Source of the DNA: a virus
Virus record (IMG/VR): IMGVR_UViG_3300032093_000017
Direction: 5' to 3' (one strand)
DNA: 64,000 nucleotides
Part shown: positions 10,992-19,771 of the stretch, one piece after another
Numbering within the stretch: position 1 is the first letter of the stretch
Layout of the letters: each line of letters starts with the position of its first letter
Notes under the pieces: model-generated
The model's database searches: none
What the model saw: the letters and a program-made list of their open reading frames with translations, nothing else
What the model was told of the DNA's origin: nothing
Translations under genes and position numbers: made by a program

Positions 10992-11363
10992 ATGAGATTT
11001 GATGAGTTGAATGAAGATAATTATTTAATGTTTGCAATTAAACATTATGATAATCCACAATCAATGACCCAAGATGATTTTTATGAAGATCTGAAAAGAT
11101 TTAATTGGATTAATAGATTATTGAAAAAATATAAATCATCTGGGTCATTAAATATTCATTTGTTAATTAATCATTTTATAATTCTTTATAATGTATTTGG
11201 AGATGCTACAACTCCTTTATTGTTTTATAAAGTGGATAGTCAATTTTGGAGTATCATTAAAACTTTTATTGTTTATTTGGGAAGACTTCCAGAATACCCA
11301 AAGACTGATATCCATAGCATACCAGTAGATATAGATTTTTTAAAACAATTAAATGTGATCTAA
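10992..11363 (+). CDS. Conserved T4-like hypothetical protein
   Basis: FAIKHYDNP...LINHFIILYNVFG. Confidence 0.8.
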   Translation: MRFDELNEDNYLMFAIKHYDNPQSMTQDDFYEDLKRFNWINRLLKKYKSSGSLNIHLLINHFIILYNVFGDATTPLLFYKVDSQFWSIIKTFIVYLGRLPEYPKTDIHSIPVDIDFLKQLNVI

Positions 11364-11584
11364 TGGATAAAGTAGATAGATTAATTAAAATAATTCGTAA
11401 CATTAAAGAGGAGATGGGTTCTCCTGTGATTGCTAATTCCACAAACAACCCAAACGGTCCGATTAATATTGCAGGATTGCCACCAGATCAACCACCAGTT
11501 GATTTGAGAAAAGGAAGAAGAAGAAATTGGAACCCATTTTTTAAAGATCTTGCAAAAATTCAGAGAAGAAAACCTCAAAAATAA
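11363..11584 (+). CDS. Hypothetical protein
   Basis: Coupled ORF. Confidence 0.65.
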   Translation: MDKVDRLIKIIRNIKEEMGSPVIANSTNNPNGPINIAGLPPDQPPVDLRKGRRRNWNPFFKDLAKIQRRKPQK

Positions 11585-11592
11585 TTAAAAAA

Positions 11593-12015
11593 ATGTTTCA
11601 ACAATCATCTACCGAAACAAAAATAGCTCTCCTTGAGGAGAGAATAAATGTATACGAGCAGATGATGGAACGCATTGATACTGCGATTCAGAAGATAGGA
11701 GAAACGAGTCAAAATATCAGTCAAATGCTTGCCATTCATAATGAAAAGATTGAGCAGTGCAATAGAACAGACAATATTATTGTAAAGATGATTGAAGATA
11801 TTAAAGTATCATCAAAAGAACAACACGAACAAATAAGTGAAAAGTTGGGTGAAAGAATAGGGAAAGTAGAAGAAAAGGTAGAAAGTATTTCAAAATTTAG
11901 ATGGCAAGTACTGGGTGGTTTAGCAGTAGTTGCCATCTTCATTAAATTTGCCCCACCCGCATTAAATCTCTTGACAACACATCATAATTCAAGTAGCATA
12001 GAGAGAACGAAGTAA
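11593..12015 (+). CDS. Coiled-coil protein with C-terminal TM helix
   Basis: Heptad pattern followed by WQVLGGLAVVAIFI. Confidence 0.7.
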   Translation: MFQQSSTETKIALLEERINVYEQMMERIDTAIQKIGETSQNISQMLAIHNEKIEQCNRTDNIIVKMIEDIKVSSKEQHEQISEKLGERIGKVEEKVESISKFRWQVLGGLAVVAIFIKFAPPALNLLTTHHNSSSIERTK

Positions 12016-12029
12016 TATTCTTTTTTGTA

Positions 12030-13031
12030 ATGAGTTTTGTTGATTCCAAATACATCGGGCTGGTATCTTCCCGACTGGATAAGTTTGCTAAGAAAAAAGA
12101 AGGTCTTTATAACTTTCGGTGCCCTTACTGCGGTGACAGTCAAAGGACAAAGAGTAAGGCAAGAGGATATATTTACCAATTAAAGAACGACCATAATTTT
12201 AAGTGTCATAATTGTGGAACTTCTAGAACATTTACAAACTTTCTCAAAGACTTAGATGTTGTTCTTTACGACCAGTATGTGATGGAAAGATATAAAGAAG
12301 GAACTACTGGAAAAAGGTCTCAAACAAAGAACCCAGAGTTTAAGTTTGAGAAACCAAATTTTTCAAAAAAGGCATTTGACCTGCCTACCATCGCAGAACT
12401 AAATAAAGAACATTCTGCAAGAAAATACTTAGAAGATAGAAAAATACCTAACAACTATCTGTGTGAATTGTATTTCTGTGAAAAGTTTAAAGAATGGACC
12501 AACACGCAAAAACACACCTTTGATAAAGTAGAACGGGACGAACCACGAATTATTATTCCTTTAATCAATAAAGGAGAAATATTTGGATTTCAAGGTCGTA
12601 GTTTAAATAAAAAATCAAAGGTGAAATACATTACAATTATTCTTGATGATACACATCCAAAAATTTACAATTTGGATAAACCAGACTACGACAAAATTGT
12701 TTATGTTGTTGAAGGACCAATTGATAGTATGTTTTTGGATAATTCAATTGCTATGGTTGGTGCAGACATCGATAAAATGTTTTTCATATCCAACTTTGCA
12801 ACAGAATTTGTAATGGTGTATGACAATGAAAAACGAAATAAACAGATCGTAGATAGAATGGAAAAAGCAATACAAATGCGATTTCCAATCGTCATTTGGC
12901 CGAATGACTTGAAAGAAAAGGATATTAATGATATGATCCTTTCAGGAATTGATGCCCCAAAAATCATCAAGGAAAATACTTATATGGGATTAGAAGCAAA
13001 AGCAAAACTTATTGGATGGAAACGAGTATGA
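12030..13031 (+). CDS. gp61: DNA primase gp61
   Basis: CPYCGD..CHNC Zn finger; VEGPIDS and YDNE TOPRIM motifs; KDIND. Confidence 0.95.
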   Translation: MSFVDSKYIGLVSSRLDKFAKKKEGLYNFRCPYCGDSQRTKSKARGYIYQLKNDHNFKCHNCGTSRTFTNFLKDLDVVLYDQYVMERYKEGTTGKRSQTKNPEFKFEKPNFSKKAFDLPTIAELNKEHSARKYLEDRKIPNNYLCELYFCEKFKEWTNTQKHTFDKVERDEPRIIIPLINKGEIFGFQGRSLNKKSKVKYITIILDDTHPKIYNLDKPDYDKIVYVVEGPIDSMFLDNSIAMVGADIDKMFFISNFATEFVMVYDNEKRNKQIVDRMEKAIQMRFPIVIWPNDLKEKDINDMILSGIDAPKIIKENTYMGLEAKAKLIGWKRV

Positions 13032-14722
13032 GCAACGGTACAAAGGTAATTAAGAGAAGTGGTGATAATGAACCTCTTGATCTCAATAAACTTCACTTAA
13101 TGGTTGAGGAGGCATGTAGGGACCTCTCTGGTGTTTCTGCATCACAGGTCGAGATGCAATCTGGTATTCAATTCTATGATGGAATTACAACAGCAGAAAT
13201 TCAGGAAATTTTAATTCGTTCTGCATCTGATTTGATTGATTTGGAAAATCCAAATTATCAATTTGTTGCAGCAAGACTACTTCTGTTTTCGGTGAGAAAA
13301 TCTTTGTATGGAAGAGTTCAAGATCATCCTACTTTTGTAGATCATATTAAGAAATGTGTTCTTGCTGGAGTATATGATCCAGAAATCTTGACTAACTATA
13401 CAGAGGAAGAACTTAATCGTCTTGGTGGTTATATTAATCATAACCGTGATTATCTATTTACTTATGCTGGTCTTCGTCAAGTAGTTGATAAGTATCTTGT
13501 TCAAGACCGTAGTGCTGGGCAAGTATATGAAACTCCACAGTTCATGTATATGATGATTTCTGCGACTATTTTTGCTAGATATCCAAAAGAAACTAGAATT
13601 TCTTATGTCAAACGATACTACGACGCAATCTCCAAACACAAAATCAACATTCCCACACCTATCATGGCAGGAGTGCGAACTCCACTTCGACAATTTGCTA
13701 GCTGTGTTCTTGTTGATGTTGATGACACCCTCGATAGCATCTTTAGTTCTGATATGGCTATCGGCAGATATGTTGCACAAAGGGCGGGAATCGGCATCAA
13801 CGCAGGTAGAATCCGTGGCATCAACGCTAAAATCAGAGGTGGAGAAGTTCAGCACACAGGTGTTGTCCCATTCCTCAAAAAGTTTGAAGCAACTGTCAGA
13901 TGCTGCACTCAAAATGGCATCCGTGGTGGATCAGCAACTGTCCACTTCCCAATCTGGCACCAAGAGATCGAAGACATCCTAGTATTAAAAAATAACAAAG
14001 GAACCGAAGACAACCGTGTTCGTAAGTTAGACTACTCTATCCAAATCTCTAAACTGTTCTATGAACGATTCATCAAGAATGAAGAGGTCTCTCTCTTCTC
14101 CCCACACGCAGTTCCTGGTTTGTATGATGCTTTTGGAACTGATGCTTTTGACGAGTTATATGTACGTTACGAACGAGATGAGTCTATTCCTAGAAAGACT
14201 ATCGGAGCTCAAGAACTCTTTTTGGACCTCCTGAAAGAACGTGCTGAAACTGGTCGTATTTACATTATGAATATCGACCACTGCAACTCTCACTCATCCT
14301 TTATGGATAAGGTTGAGATGAGTAATCTTTGTGTTTCTGGTGATACTAAAATCAAAATTAGATATCCAGAACCCATTTATAATGATATTGGTGAAGTATC
14401 TGATTGGAGAGTTTGTGAGATTGAAATTCATATTGAAGATTTAGAAATTTACCTTTCTGATAGGATAGCTATAATTGCATGTCTTTGTGATGATGTTCCT
14501 CAAATAGAAGTTCTTTCTTATAATATAGAAACTAATCAACAAGAATGGGCACCTATTACAGCATTTGCCGAAACATCACCAAAAGCAAAGGTAATGAAAA
14601 TTACTGATGAAGAAAGTGGTAAGAGTATTGTAGTTACACCAGAGCATCAAGTATTCACAAAAAATCGTGGATATGTAGTGGCAAAAGACCTAACCGAAAC
14701 CGATGAGTTGGTAATTAACTAA
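13028..14722 (+). CDS. nrdA: Class Ia ribonucleotide reductase alpha, N-terminal fragment fused to split-intein N half (intein N 14330-14719)
   Basis: ATP cone, PTP, FASCVL, ...MSNL, then CVSGDT (block A) and TPEH (block B), then stop. Confidence 0.95.
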   Translation: MSNGTKVIKRSGDNEPLDLNKLHLMVEEACRDLSGVSASQVEMQSGIQFYDGITTAEIQEILIRSASDLIDLENPNYQFVAARLLLFSVRKSLYGRVQDHPTFVDHIKKCVLAGVYDPEILTNYTEEELNRLGGYINHNRDYLFTYAGLRQVVDKYLVQDRSAGQVYETPQFMYMMISATIFARYPKETRISYVKRYYDAISKHKINIPTPIMAGVRTPLRQFASCVLVDVDDTLDSIFSSDMAIGRYVAQRAGIGINAGRIRGINAKIRGGEVQHTGVVPFLKKFEATVRCCTQNGIRGGSATVHFPIWHQEIEDILVLKNNKGTEDNRVRKLDYSIQISKLFYERFIKNEEVSLFSPHAVPGLYDAFGTDAFDELYVRYERDESIPRKTIGAQELFLDLLKERAETGRIYIMNIDHCNSHSSFMDKVEMSNLCVSGDTKIKIRYPEPIYNDIGEVSDWRVCEIEIHIEDLEIYLSDRIAIIACLCDDVPQIEVLSYNIETNQQEWAPITAFAETSPKAKVMKITDEESGKSIVVTPEHQVFTKNRGYVVAKDLTETDELVIN

Positions 14723-14726
14723 TAGG

Positions 14727-14780
14727 ATAGGGAGTGTAATTTCTACATTTTATAAATAGTTATGAGATTACACTTCCTAT
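14727..14780 (+). promoter_or_regulatory. 17-bp hairpin with late promoter TATAAATA (14751-14758) in the loop, abutting the endonuclease ATG
   Basis: atagggagtgtaatttc / gagattacacttcctat, two G-U pairs. Confidence 0.8.
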
Positions 14781-14781
14781 T

Positions 14782-15453
14782 ATGAAAACCTATATTGTAT
14801 ATAAAATTACGAATAAGAAAAACGGAAAGTCTTATATAGGAAAATCTGAATATCCATTAGAGCATCGTTGGAATCGTCATTTATCATCAGCAAGAAATGG
14901 TTCTAAATTTAGATTTCATTCTGCTATTAGAAAATATGGGGAAGATTGTTGGGACTTATCTGTGATTGAAACTTACCAAACTGAAGATGAAAACTTTATT
15001 AATGAAAAGGAAACTCACTTCATTAAACTCTTTGAAAGTGATACTAAAGGTTATAATGCTACTTCGGGGGGAACTGGTGGATGGATGCTTCCAAGATGCT
15101 CACAGGAGGTTCAGGAAGAGTGGAGAAATGGTATTTCCATAAGAACTATTGGTTACAATAATCCAAACTATTCTGGATACACTGATGAGGAACTCATAGA
15201 AGTAGGTGTAAAGTTTGCTAAAAAATATGGATTTATTGGTGGAAGGAAAAGAATAGTTGAGTTTGCTCTTAGTGAATTAAATATTAAGTTTCCAAAACAT
15301 TTCTCCAAAAATAGATTTGACGGAAACCATCAAAACTTTTATAAATCTATTGAAGAACAAACTGGATTGGTGTATAATCCTTATTATAGAGACGAAACTC
15401 AAAGAAAACTTGCTAAACAACTTTTAGAACAAAATAGGAGAAAAAAATGCTAA
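14782..15453 (+). mobile_element. Free-standing GIY-YIG homing endonuclease between the nrdA halves
   Basis: IVYKITN...YIGKS, R..H, E, GYNAT.GG. Confidence 0.9.
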
Positions 15454-16541
15454 AGATTGAATATCTTGAAGAAGAAATCCCAGTTTATGATATTACAGTA
15501 GAAGGAACTCATAATTTCTTCGCAAATGATATTCTAGTCCATAATTGCCAGGAAATTACTCTTCCAACAAAACCACTTCAACACATTGATGATCCCAATG
15601 GGGAGATTGCACTTTGTATTCTTTCTGCTGTTAATGTTGGCAAAGTAAAGTCTGATGATGAATTTGAAGATCTTTGTAATCTTTCTGTTCGTGGTTTGGA
15701 AGAATTGATTGATTATCAAAACTATCCTGTAGTTGCTGCAGAGATTGGAACCAAAGCACGTAGATCTTTGGGTGTTGGGTATATTGGTTTGGCACACTAT
15801 CTTGCTAAACTTGGTTTTAATTACGATACTCAAGAAGCTTGGGATGCGGTTCATCAATTGTCTGAATCGTTCCAATATTTCCTTCTAAAAGCATCAAATG
15901 AAGTTGCTAAAGAAAAGGGTGCCTGTGAATATTTTAATCGCACTAAGTATTCGCAAGGTATTCTTCCAATTGACACTTACAAGAAAGATGTGGATGAAGT
16001 TTCTTCTGTTCCTCTTCATCACGATTGGGAATCGTTAAGGCAATCAATCAAAGAGTTTGGTCTCAGGCACTCCACTCTTACAGCACAGATGCCATCTGAA
16101 TCCAGTTCTGTCGTCTCCAATGCCACAAACGGCATCGAACCACCTCGTGGATTTTTATCAATTAAGAAATCTAAAAAAGGTCCTCTCAAACAAATTGTTC
16201 CTCAATATCAACATCTTAAAAACAACTATACGTTGCTTTGGGATATGCCTAGCAATCGTGGTTATATTAATATTGTTGCAGTTATGCAGAAATTCTTCGA
16301 TCAAGCAATTTCTGGAAACTGGTCGTATAATCCAGAAAATTATGCCAATAATGAAGTTCCTGTTAGCGTAATGGCACAAGATATGCTTACTTGTTTTAAA
16401 CTTGGGCATAAGACGGCATATTATCAAAATACATATGACAATAAGACCGACGAAATTAAGGAGGAAAAAACTAATATTGACGATTTGGTTAAAGAACTTT
16501 TAGAGGGGGGGGAAGACGACTGTGAATCCTGTAAAATTTAG
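15447..16541 (+). CDS. nrdA: Split-intein C half (33 aa, 15447-15545) fused to the C-terminal fragment of NrdA
   Basis: VYDITVEGTHNFFANDILVHN|CQEITLP; AQMPSESSS, YY, terminal CESC; RBS aggag at 15436. Confidence 0.95.
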   Translation: MLKIEYLEEEIPVYDITVEGTHNFFANDILVHNCQEITLPTKPLQHIDDPNGEIALCILSAVNVGKVKSDDEFEDLCNLSVRGLEELIDYQNYPVVAAEIGTKARRSLGVGYIGLAHYLAKLGFNYDTQEAWDAVHQLSESFQYFLLKASNEVAKEKGACEYFNRTKYSQGILPIDTYKKDVDEVSSVPLHHDWESLRQSIKEFGLRHSTLTAQMPSESSSVVSNATNGIEPPRGFLSIKKSKKGPLKQIVPQYQHLKNNYTLLWDMPSNRGYINIVAVMQKFFDQAISGNWSYNPENYANNEVPVSVMAQDMLTCFKLGHKTAYYQNTYDNKTDEIKEEKTNIDDLVKELLEGGEDDCESCKI

Positions 16542-17706
16542 AATCACTGCAGAGAAAGAAAAAATGATTCAAGGAATGACCGTATTTAATACTCAAGAGG
16601 TAGATGCCAAAAAGCAACCTATGTTTTTTGGTGCTCCTCTTGGAGTTCAAAGATATGATTCTTATAAGTATCCTGTCTTTGATAAATTAACTCAACAACA
16701 GTTAGGATATTTCTGGAGACCTGAAGAAGTTTCTTTGCAGAAAGATCGTTCGGATTATCAAACTCTTCGTCCAGAACAAAAACATATCTTCACTTCTAAT
16801 TTGAAGTATCAAATTCTTTTGGATTCAGTTCAAGGTCGTGGTCCAGGGATGGCATTTGCACCTTACTGTTCACTTCCAGAATTGGAAGCCTGTATGAAGG
16901 TTTGGGAGTTTATGGAGATGATCCATAGTCGTTCCTATACATACATTATTAAGAATGTTTATTCTGATCCAACAGAAGTTTTTGATTCCATTTTAAATAA
17001 TGAAAAGATTTTAGAAAGAGCATCATCAGTTACTGGTGCTTATGATGACTTTATTAATTCCGCACAACTTTATGGAAACTCAAATCTTTGGGTTCACGCA
17101 CAAGAAGGTGTTGGAACTGCAAAAGAACAAAGATATGAACTAAAAAGAAAACTTTATCGTGCAATTGCAAATGTCAACATTCTCGAAGGTATCAGGTTTT
17201 ATGTCTCGTTCGCTTGCAGCTTTGCGTTTGGTGAACTCAAACTTATGGAAGGATCCGCTAAAATTATCTCTCTCATCGCAAGAGACGAAAATCAGCACCT
17301 TGTTATTACTCAAAACATCCTCAATAAGTGGCGTGAAGGGGATGATCCAGAAATGCAACAAATTGCTAAAGAAGAAGAGGAATGGGTAAGAGGTGCCTTT
17401 GAGAATTGTGTAAATGAGGAAAAGAGGTGGGCAGAGTATCTGTTCAAAGATGGTTCTATGATTGGTCTAAACGATAAACTTCTTTGGAGTTATGTTGAAT
17501 GGGTTGCGAATCGTCGTATGAAAGCAATTGGACTTAAACCACTCTATGATATTTCTGCAAAGAATAATCCACTTCCTTGGACTGAGCATTGGATTTCCTC
17601 TAAGGGACTTCAAGTTGCTCCACAGGAAACGGAAGTAGAATCTTATGTGGTTGGTGGCATTAAGCAGGATATTACAAAAGATTCTTTTAGTGGATTTAAA
17701 CTCTAA
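16522..17706 (+). CDS. nrdB: Ribonucleotide reductase beta subunit
   Basis: FWRPEEV, EMIHSRSY, EGIRFYVSF, RDENQH, APQETE. Confidence 0.96.
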   Translation: MNPVKFRITAEKEKMIQGMTVFNTQEVDAKKQPMFFGAPLGVQRYDSYKYPVFDKLTQQQLGYFWRPEEVSLQKDRSDYQTLRPEQKHIFTSNLKYQILLDSVQGRGPGMAFAPYCSLPELEACMKVWEFMEMIHSRSYTYIIKNVYSDPTEVFDSILNNEKILERASSVTGAYDDFINSAQLYGNSNLWVHAQEGVGTAKEQRYELKRKLYRAIANVNILEGIRFYVSFACSFAFGELKLMEGSAKIISLIARDENQHLVITQNILNKWREGDDPEMQQIAKEEEEWVRGAFENCVNEEKRWAEYLFKDGSMIGLNDKLLWSYVEWVANRRMKAIGLKPLYDISAKNNPLPWTEHWISSKGLQVAPQETEVESYVVGGIKQDITKDSFSGFKL

Positions 17707-17710
17707 AATT

Positions 17711-17762
17711 GTAACAAAAATAACAAAAAAAATTGACTATATAACGTACAAGGGAATATAAT
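17711..17762 (+). promoter_or_regulatory. Sigma70-like promoter (ttgact-N18-tataat) with an imperfect NtcA-like box upstream (GTA-N8-AAC)
   Basis: -35 at 17733-17738, -10 at 17757-17762, box at 17711-17724. Confidence 0.4.
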
Positions 17763-17771
17763 AAGTCCCTA

Positions 17772-17830
17772 ACGTTCATCTGCTATTTGCGAATTGCGAA
17801 TGTAGACGGAAGTAAGCCGACTCGGAACGG
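17772..17830 (+). ncRNA. Glutamine riboswitch aptamer 1 (glnA-motif-like)
   Basis: CGTTCATC-P2 hairpin-GACGGAAGTAAG...GGAACG; P1 cgttc/gaacg. Confidence 0.8.
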
Positions 17831-17831
17831 A

Positions 17832-18002
17832 ACGTTCATCTATGGAAGCACTCATTCTATCTTGCTTACAAGCACAATTAATTGTAGGAAGAGTTCATAA
17901 ACAAGACATTCCTAAACAAGCAAAGAATGATTTAATTTGGGAGATTAAACAAATCTCACCAAAGACGTGTAAAATAGACGCAAAAGCCGACTGAAGGAAC
18001 GC
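17832..18002 (+). ncRNA. Glutamine riboswitch aptamer 2, with P2 loop expanded by an ORF
   Basis: CGTTCATCTAT...ATAGACGCAAAAGCCGACTGAAGGAACG. Confidence 0.7.
17842..17994 (+). CDS. 50-aa peptide embedded in aptamer 2 (MEALILSCLQAQ...TCKIDAKAD)
   Basis: Open ATG-to-TGA frame read by eye; two Cys near the ends. Confidence 0.6.
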   Translation: MEALILSCLQAQLIVGRVHKQDIPKQAKNDLIWEIKQISPKTCKIDAKAD

Positions 18003-18032
18003 TCTTTAACCTAAAAACTAAGGAGAAACCTA

Positions 18033-18197
18033 ATGTCAAAAGTTGTATACCGTGGTGTTGAATATGACACTACAAACCGTCCTAATCAAACATTTAAATG
18101 TGAACCAAGAGTAGAAATTTATCGTGGTGCTATGTTTTATGTTGATGAAAATGGAAACAAACTTTCTATGCAGAAGTCGGGGGAAACAATTAAATGA
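18033..18197 (+). CDS. DUF4278-like small protein (54 aa)
   Basis: RBS aggag; two YRG motifs (VYRGVEY, IYRGAMF). Confidence 0.8.
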   Translation: MSKVVYRGVEYDTTNRPNQTFKCEPRVEIYRGAMFYVDENGNKLSMQKSGETIK

Positions 18198-18286
18198 AAA
18201 AAATTAATGTCCTTCAACTTATTAAAGAACAAAAACAAAAAGAAAATCGTCGTCACCAAGCTAAAATAGTGATGATTAAAAAGTAA
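18194..18286 (+). CDS. 30-aa basic peptide (MKKINVLQLIKEQKQKENRRHQAK...)
   Basis: ATGA overlap; ends just before a terminator. Confidence 0.55.
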   Translation: MKKINVLQLIKEQKQKENRRHQAKIVMIKK

Positions 18287-18290
18287 ATTG

Positions 18291-18321
18291 ATAGGAGGGG
18301 CAATACCCCTCCTATTTTTTT
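18291..18321 (+). terminator. Rho-independent terminator
   Basis: ataggagggg/cccctcctat followed by a T run. Confidence 0.85.
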
Positions 18322-18348
18322 ATAAATAACTAAAAACAGTCTAAAAAG

Positions 18349-19734
18349 ATGTCTTTAAGAAATTCATATAAAAGTTTTTATACTGAAGGTGTTGCAGCAG
18401 AACATCCAGATATTGCGGGACAAAAAGAATTTGCAAATAAGGCAGATGCTGAAATTGCTCGTAGAAGAGCAGCAAGAGCAAAGAAAGCAGGACCACAACT
18501 TCCTGGTTTTGTTGCGTCAGTAAAGAAAGAAGAAGTTGAAGTAAATGAAGCACACTGGAATCCAGTAACAAAAAAAATTCAGGATAAACCACCATCAAAG
18601 GAAGAAATTGAATCTTTGGCAGCAAAAGCAAGAACTAAGAAAAAAGTAAGAAAACCACAAGGTTCTATTCGTAAAACTAGTGGAACATTTAAACCATCAT
18701 CACCAGAAGAAGCAAAAGCAAATAAAGCATCTTGGGGTGACTATTGGAGTTCTGCAGCAAAAGGTTACAAAGAGGAATATGTAAATGAAAAAATTGACGT
18801 AGGTGCTGATGTCAGTAAAACAATTAGTGATTTCGTTCATTCAAAGAGCAAAACCTTCAAAGGTGATAGTAAGAAGCAAAGAATTAAGAGAGCACTTGGT
18901 GCTTATTATGCAGCACAAAGAGAAGAAACAGAAAACATTTATAATTATGTAATTGAAACTTTAGTTGATGCTGACTTCGCAGAAAGTTATGAAGCAGCAG
19001 AAGTAATGTTTGAACATATTAGTGATGAGTTTACTGCAGCAATTCTTGAGGAATATATTGAAGAAAAGGCAAGAGGAACCAGAAAGAAAACAACAGTTCA
19101 CGCATATGACGTTGATGAAACCTTATTTGGGCACGGCAAAAAGGGCAAACCAAATGTTCAGGTTCACGTTAAAGACGCATCAGGAAAAAGAGTTAAGAGT
19201 CTAAGCAACCAAGAGTTCAATACTCATAAGTTGGAGAAGGGTCATTCTTATGACTTTAGTGAGTTCCAGAGTGCTAAGAAGTTCAAAGAAACTTCAAGTC
19301 CAAATAAAAAAGTAATCAAGGATATTAAGAGAAAGCAGGCAAGAGGACAAAATGTTCATCTTATTACTGCTCGTTCTAAGTTTGATAAACCAAGTGAATT
19401 CCAAGGTCATCTCAAGAAGCACGGTGTTGATGTAGATAAGTCAAAGATTCACTATACTGGTGGGATGAAAGGTGGTGATATTGGTAAGAAGAAAGTGGAT
19501 GTTGCGAATGCAGTAGCAAAGCAAAGTGGGGCTAAGAGCATTCATATGTATGATGATGCTGCAAAAGTTCATAAGGCATTTGAAAAAGAAAAGAAAGAAG
19601 CACCAACATCAAAGAAAATCAAAACACATATGGTTGCACCAGATAAAAAAGGTGAATCAAGAGTTCGTTCTTATCAAGCAACTAAGAACGAAGAAATGAG
19701 TTCTTACGAGTACTGGAAACAATTTATTGATTGA
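18349..19734 (+). CDS. Modular late protein with an embedded HAD-like phosphatase domain
   Basis: TATAAATA at 18321-18328; YDVDETLF, LITAR, MYDD; YNYVIETLVDADFAES module. Confidence 0.7.
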   Translation: MSLRNSYKSFYTEGVAAEHPDIAGQKEFANKADAEIARRRAARAKKAGPQLPGFVASVKKEEVEVNEAHWNPVTKKIQDKPPSKEEIESLAAKARTKKKVRKPQGSIRKTSGTFKPSSPEEAKANKASWGDYWSSAAKGYKEEYVNEKIDVGADVSKTISDFVHSKSKTFKGDSKKQRIKRALGAYYAAQREETENIYNYVIETLVDADFAESYEAAEVMFEHISDEFTAAILEEYIEEKARGTRKKTTVHAYDVDETLFGHGKKGKPNVQVHVKDASGKRVKSLSNQEFNTHKLEKGHSYDFSEFQSAKKFKETSSPNKKVIKDIKRKQARGQNVHLITARSKFDKPSEFQGHLKKHGVDVDKSKIHYTGGMKGGDIGKKKVDVANAVAKQSGAKSIHMYDDAAKVHKAFEKEKKEAPTSKKIKTHMVAPDKKGESRVRSYQATKNEEMSSYEYWKQFID

Positions 19735-19771
19735 TAAATAAGTATAGAAAAGTACTTTTTATTACTAAAAA

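Noticed and set aside
14723-15446. Group I intron as the explanation for the nrdA interruption
   Set aside because: No P7 R/S elements and no room for a ribozyme core; intein motifs flank the break instead
15436-15453. A-AAA-AAA slippery heptamer that would fuse the GIY-YIG protein to the intein C half by -1 frameshift
   Set aside because: A-runs are common in this genome; AGGAG plus the A spacer is fully explained as the RBS of nrdA-C; no stimulatory structure seen
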